Source: a bacterium BMS3Abin11
GTDB lineage: Bacteria; Pseudomonadota; Gammaproteobacteria; BMS3Bbin11
Direction: 5' to 3'
NCBI GenBank assembly: GCA_002897635.1
Contig: BDTD01000006.1
Coordinates: 6,152 to 70,151, forward strand
DNA: 64,000 nucleotides
Shown here: one piece after another, positions 59,799 to 64,000 of the stretch
How positions within the stretch are numbered: position 1 is the first letter of the stretch
How the letters are laid out: the number at the start of each line of letters is the position of its first letter
Program-made: the position numbers and the translations under genes
Notes under the pieces: generated by a model
Databases searched by the model: none
The model's input: the letters and a program-made list of their open reading frames with translations, nothing else
Told to the model about the DNA's origin: nothing

Positions 59799-60437
59799 TC
59801 ACGGTTTACTTAATATTTTAACAGTACCCGGTGTTAATTTTTTCCATTCCACAGTACTTCCGGTGTGAGATTGAGGCTGATCATGGCAGCTGATACAGGC
59901 ATCTAAATAGAGATTCTTACCAATGACTTGAGTGGGAGATAAAAAATTATTATCTACACCAGCTGAGAGTTCACCCGTTATGTATGGATAGGCATAACGG
60001 TATCTATCATGATCATTCCAGCCATTTTTACGTGAGTGGTAGCGGAGATTGTTCTTTCTTCCACTCATAAATGTTACTCGAATATAGTCTACCACGCTGC
60101 TAATTTGCTGTGGTGTTAGCACCGAGCTGAAAGAGGCCATGGCAGATCCCTGCCGCCCATTGCTAACGCTATTTATCATCCTGTCACGGCTGAGTGAATC
60201 GGGTGGTGTGCGGGTAAAATTACGAGGTTTTGGCAGGACGTAAGCCCCGGTTAATGTTTTTGCATCTCCCGCATAGCCATGGCATTGATAACAATAATAT
60301 TCATAAACCACTTTACCAATTTTTGAATCAACAGTGTTTTGCCCGGTATTGGCAAATGCTGAAATAGTGAATATTAGAGAAGAAGCGATGAAGGCAACAA
60401 TTCCCTGAAATGAGTTGGTATTAACGCGGCAGGTCAT
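59799..60437 (-). CDS. Secreted dihaem c-type cytochrome
   Basis: Signal peptide, then CYQCHGYAGD and CISCHDQ. It overlaps the upstream gene by 17 nt. Confidence 0.8.
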   Translation of the reverse strand: MTCRVNTNSFQGIVAFIASSLIFTISAFANTGQNTVDSKIGKVVYEYYCYQCHGYAGDAKTLTGAYVLPKPRNFTRTPPDSLSRDRMINSVSNGRQGSAMASFSSVLTPQQISSVVDYIRVTFMSGRKNNLRYHSRKNGWNDHDRYRYAYPYITGELSAGVDNNFLSPTQVIGKNLYLDACISCHDQPQSHTGSTVEWKKLTPGTVKILSKP

Positions 60438-61665
60438 AAAACCGTGTTACGCCCCCATAGCTGCCTACCCAGGTACTTCCATCATCACCAAATGCCATTG
60501 AAAAGACACTGTTGGAGAAGAGCCCGTCAGCCACTGTGTATACTTTAAATTTTTCTCCATCAAACCTGGATAACCCGTGGCTGGTACCCACCCAGATAAT
60601 TCCATTTGTATCTTCAACAAGTGTTGAAACATAGTTAGCAGGAAGGCCATCCACCATGGTGTAATTACGCCATTTACCATTCTTGTAGCGAGCTAATCCG
60701 CCACCCCATGTTCCTGCCCAAACAGTGCCTTCATGATCAACCATAATGGAGATAATGTAGTTTGGATTGTAGGCAATATCTACGTTCTGCAGACCCATTT
60801 CTTCTTTCTGTTTAGCATGATGTTTGGATACGCGCGATGGGTCGTTTTTGAATTGATTCTGGTCTTTAACCAGTTCATATTTTTCTCCCAGGCCATCCTT
60901 ATGATTCCAGTTATTCCATTTACCGTCTTTATAACGTGCCACTCCACCTTCTGTAGCCATCCAGAGTTCACCGTTTTTACCTTTTCGAAGTCCATAGACC
61001 CAGTCATTGGGTAGACCACCATTGGTATTTTTAACTGTAAAAGTTTCCCATTTTGAGGAATCATCCAGATCGCCGCCTCGTATAAGGTTAGCGCCTGACC
61101 AGGTTGCAATCCAGACATCACCATTGTCCATTTCGAGCATGTCATAGACAAATGCATCAGCTAGTCCCTGTGGGACATTGTAAGTCTTCCAGCTATTATC
61201 TTCTTCATTCAGTATAGATAGGCCACCACCATATGTTCCTGCGACCAGTTTCCCTTTTAACTTACTAAGGTGAAAAATACCATTTGCCAGCAAGCCAGTA
61301 TTAGTATCGAAGATTTTATGGCTGTTATCGCGTGTATCGTAGCGTATGACACCACCAGATGTACCTATCCACATAACTGGACCATCAGCTAGAATAGCTT
61401 TAACGTTTTTATTGCCTACACGAAAATGATCGAATTTCAGTTTCGTTGTAGCAACTGCTGGAACATTAATAGCAGGCATGGTCGTCGGGTGGGCCCCAGG
61501 TAGTGTATTAGCCATGCTGGTGGGGGCTTTATTAGTCGATGTAACAGCCGTGTGCTGAATTACGGGAGCCGAAGCAGGTTTACTCTTCTGCATACCTGCA
61601 TAATAGCCTGCGCTACCAACAATAACCGTGGCGATCATACCTATAGCAAATGATTTTGTATCCAT
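60421..61665 (-). CDS. Membrane-anchored beta-propeller protein (two-component-regulator-propeller-type repeats)
   Basis: An N-terminal TM helix, a Pro/Thr/Ala-rich linker, then about 7 repeats such as VWIGTSGGVIRYD, LWMATEGGVARYKDGKW and IWVGTSHGLSRFDG. Confidence 0.75.
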   Translation of the reverse strand: MDTKSFAIGMIATVIVGSAGYYAGMQKSKPASAPVIQHTAVTSTNKAPTSMANTLPGAHPTTMPAINVPAVATTKLKFDHFRVGNKNVKAILADGPVMWIGTSGGVIRYDTRDNSHKIFDTNTGLLANGIFHLSKLKGKLVAGTYGGGLSILNEEDNSWKTYNVPQGLADAFVYDMLEMDNGDVWIATWSGANLIRGGDLDDSSKWETFTVKNTNGGLPNDWVYGLRKGKNGELWMATEGGVARYKDGKWNNWNHKDGLGEKYELVKDQNQFKNDPSRVSKHHAKQKEEMGLQNVDIAYNPNYIISIMVDHEGTVWAGTWGGGLARYKNGKWRNYTMVDGLPANYVSTLVEDTNGIIWVGTSHGLSRFDGEKFKVYTVADGLFSNSVFSMAFGDDGSTWVGSYGGVTRFYDLPR

Positions 61666-61756
61666 GCTTCTTTCCCTTTAAAAAGATGAGCAATATTGCT
61701 CAGTAACTGGTTTTGCTTTATGACTATAAGATCTGCTGCAAGAAAATGTTTACGCG

Positions 61757-62083
61757 TTAATACAAACTACGAATATAAGTTATTACATCCAGCATCTCTC
61801 TTTCCGAAAGAATATTTTCGAATGCTGGTGCAGGGCCACTGCCAATTTGCAGGTGTCGAATAAGTTGGCTGTCGGGTTTCATTATGCCTTCACCACGAGT
61901 AAAGTTTGGCGCATCAGGTACTTCACCCATTCCAGTACTGCCATGGCAGTTTACACAATGTCTATTATAGATTTTACTGCCATTGTAGTAATCGGCTGAA
62001 TATGCAGAAGTCTGAATTAGCACAAGCAGGGATGGCAATATATAGTGTAAAAAAATACATTTTTTCTGAAATCCCTGCTGCAT
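61757..62083 (-). CDS. Monohaem class I cytochrome c
   Basis: Signal peptide, the haem-binding motif CVNCHG, and a distal Met region. Confidence 0.8.
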   Translation of the reverse strand: MQQGFQKKCIFLHYILPSLLVLIQTSAYSADYYNGSKIYNRHCVNCHGSTGMGEVPDAPNFTRGEGIMKPDSQLIRHLQIGSGPAPAFENILSEREMLDVITYIRSLY

Positions 62084-62085
62084 AG

Positions 62086-62733
62086 CTATTGAACCACTCC
62101 TGAACCCGTGGACTTAGTTGCATCTGTAATAGTTTTTAATTTACTTTCGAGTTCTTCTGCCTGTGCTTTATTGATTTCAAGCCCAAGTTCACCATTATCC
62201 AAAGCGGCTGCTTTTCGCTGTATTGCCCAAAGCATATTAGTTGCCACTCCGGCATCAATAATTTCATTTGCTTTGTCAAAATCAGGCTCTATATCAAATA
62301 AGCCCAATTCGTAAACCTGGGCCATTAATTCCATTCCTTTGGCGTATTGTTGTTCTGCTGATTTAGCAATCCATTGAAAGGCCTGTTTGTTATCCTGCTT
62401 GACCCCTTCGCCTTTCGAGTACATCGTGCCCAGCCCATATTGTCCCTCCGCATTACCTTTTTTTGCTGCTTTCTGGTACCAGGTGACTGCTTCATCATTC
62501 AGTTCTGCGCCATCTAGTACCCAGCCTAGCTTTGCCATGGCTGCTACAGAACCATTGTTTGCGGCAGATTTAAACTGTCTTATTGCAGCAGTTATATCAC
62601 CTCGCTCCATGCTAAGCATGCCCTGATTGTACAGTTCGTCAGCTGATGAATCTGCCAGGGCAGGGTTCGCCGTTAGCAAGGCAAGCAACAATATCATAAA
62701 AGAAGGGAAAGTGGTGAGAGTTCGGCGTGACAT
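62086..62733 (-). CDS. Secreted Sel1-repeat (TPR-like) protein
   Basis: The start was trimmed to MSRRTLTTFPSFMILLLALLTANPALA. Sel1 units include AVTWYQKAAKKGNAEGQYGLGTMYSKGEGV and AFQWIAKSAEQQYAKG. Confidence 0.8.
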   Translation of the reverse strand: MSRRTLTTFPSFMILLLALLTANPALADSSADELYNQGMLSMERGDITAAIRQFKSAANNGSVAAMAKLGWVLDGAELNDEAVTWYQKAAKKGNAEGQYGLGTMYSKGEGVKQDNKQAFQWIAKSAEQQYAKGMELMAQVYELGLFDIEPDFDKANEIIDAGVATNMLWAIQRKAAALDNGELGLEINKAQAEELESKLKTITDATKSTGSGVVQ

Positions 62734-62836
62734 GCTGGAATATAGTGTAAATGAAATATTTGTTGATAAGAAAATCATAATTTTATCTACTATTGTTGCC
62801 ATTATTGTCAGAGTGGCTCAGCTTGTATTAAATATT

Positions 62837-62972
62837 TAGGGAACCTCTGATTTATTCGTCATTGCGAGGAACGTAGTGACGAAGCAATCTATAAGTGGCT
62901 GATTTTAAACAATGAGATTGCCGCGCTACGCACGCAATGACGACCTTATTGAATTAATCAGAGTTTCCTTAG
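62837..62972. mobile_element. MITE variant: same terminal repeats, different hairpin cargo, TTAG duplication
   Basis: TTAG-GGAACCTCTGAT...ATCAGAGTTTCC-TTAG. The interior CGTCATTGCGAGGAACGTAGTGACGAAGCAATCT pairs with AGATTGCCGCGCTACGCACGCAATGACG. Confidence 0.75.
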
Positions 62973-63051
62973 TAATTAAGTTCGGTTCAGCCAGTGTGTC
63001 TGTATAAGAATCTACTTAGAAAAAGATGAAGTTTACCTGCTAATATACTCT

Positions 63052-63209
63052 GAGACCTCAGCATAACTCAAGCACAAATTAAAATGGCTAATTATTTCCA
63101 ATATTCTCGTCAAAATTTCGCGCAATAGCACACTATTACACTCGATTTTGCCAAAAATCTTGAAAAAATTAACTCATTTTTCTTTGCACCTGAGTTATGC
63201 TGAGGTCTC
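63052..63209. mobile_element. Second MITE type with CTCT duplication
   Basis: CTCT-GAGACCTCAGCATAACTCA...TGAGTTATGCTGAGGTCTC-CTCT. Its interior CGCAATAGCACACTATTACACTCGAT resembles the core of the first family. Confidence 0.75.
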
Positions 63210-63262
63210 CTCTATCAAAAAAGTAATTAAAAGAATTGACCTACATCATATACTATTGTTAT

Positions 63263-63982
63263 TCAGTTGGGTTTTTTCTCGGCGTTGTGGCAACGGTCAC
63301 AATTGTACACGCTAAATGCCACTTTATCGTGACAAACACCACAATATTTTCCTCGGAAGTTTAATTCCATAGTAATCGGGTTCGCTCCCGTTTTTTTAAT
63401 AAAAGGTGAGGGATGACAGTTACTGCATGCTAGCCATTCCGTATGTGCTCTGTGCGGGAATTTTACCCATGCCATTTGCCGCGTATCTTTCATAATTATA
63501 TTAAGATCAAGAACTTCCATGCGTCCTGCCCCGTGGATACTGGCGCGAGGCGTAATCAAGCCACGACGAAGTGTTTTTACCCAGTCCGGGTTGCCGAGAT
63601 CATCGTGTGGGAAATCTGCCATCGCTGTTGTGGGGTCCTGTATGATCTGATAACTCACATTGCTTTTATCTTTGAGCTTACGCTTGTTCCCCGCGAGAAC
63701 CGCACCTTCAAGTGTTGCATGTGGTTTATGAACAGGAATCTTACCCGTTTGCCAACTGCCGGTTGGATCTAACCGCTCAGGTATGGCGGCTTTTTGAGTG
63801 GAAGTAATAGCTGCTTGTTCTTCAGCTAAGGTTTTAGTTGCAGCAACAGGTGTGGTGCTGTTTTCAATTTTAGAACTTTGGTTTTCATCTATATTTGTCT
63901 GGCAGCTACTTAACAGAAAAAATACTGTCACTAGCTTAAACTGAAAACAAAAACTCATGTCTTCAAGATTTATATTTATCAC
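63263..63982 (-). CDS. Trihaem c7-type cytochrome lipoprotein
   Basis: Lipobox FFLLSSC, a Ser/Thr-rich linker, and C-terminal VKFPHRAHTEWLACSNCH...YCGVCH...NCDRCH. Confidence 0.8.
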   Translation of the reverse strand: MININLEDMSFCFQFKLVTVFFLLSSCQTNIDENQSSKIENSTTPVAATKTLAEEQAAITSTQKAAIPERLDPTGSWQTGKIPVHKPHATLEGAVLAGNKRKLKDKSNVSYQIIQDPTTAMADFPHDDLGNPDWVKTLRRGLITPRASIHGAGRMEVLDLNIIMKDTRQMAWVKFPHRAHTEWLACSNCHPSPFIKKTGANPITMELNFRGKYCGVCHDKVAFSVYNCDRCHNAEKKPN

Positions 63983-64000
63983 AACATCCCTAACCTACGA

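Overview
This window looks like a gammaproteobacterial chromosome segment. Conserved housekeeping blocks are interrupted by four accessory patches. The core blocks are smpB-ssrA, ratA-rnfH-bamE-fur-recN-nadK, hrcA-grpE-dnaK-dnaJ, nadC, ispB-rplU-rpmA-obg-proB, rpsT-murJ and nth-metG. Patch 1 (1-7060) is an island at the 3' end of ssrA. It carries a P4-type integrase, a RadC-like protein, a Mrr-nuclease/P-loop NTPase fusion and the end of a Type III Res gene. Patch 2 (23953-31743) is a 7.8 kb element at tRNA-Pro(CGG), bounded by 49-bp direct repeats. It carries an integrase, an AlpA-like HTH protein, a P4-alpha-type primase-helicase, an iteron origin candidate, unknown cargo and ArdA. Patch 3 (36.1-42.7 kb) lies between proB and rpsT. 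It holds a secreted MBL hydrolase, a hemerythrin-like protein, a cytochrome P460-like protein, a DsbA-pseudoreceiver-GGDEF fusion and a metallophosphoesterase. Patch 4 (53.5-64 kb) combines c-type cytochromes, NHL and beta-propeller proteins with a GT-C/TPR plus GT2 glycosyltransferase pair. The window also contains at least seven MITE copies with YTAR target duplications and several heptamer-repeat palindromes. No CRISPR array or rRNA gene was seen. All calls rest on reading motifs in the sequence; no database search was run.
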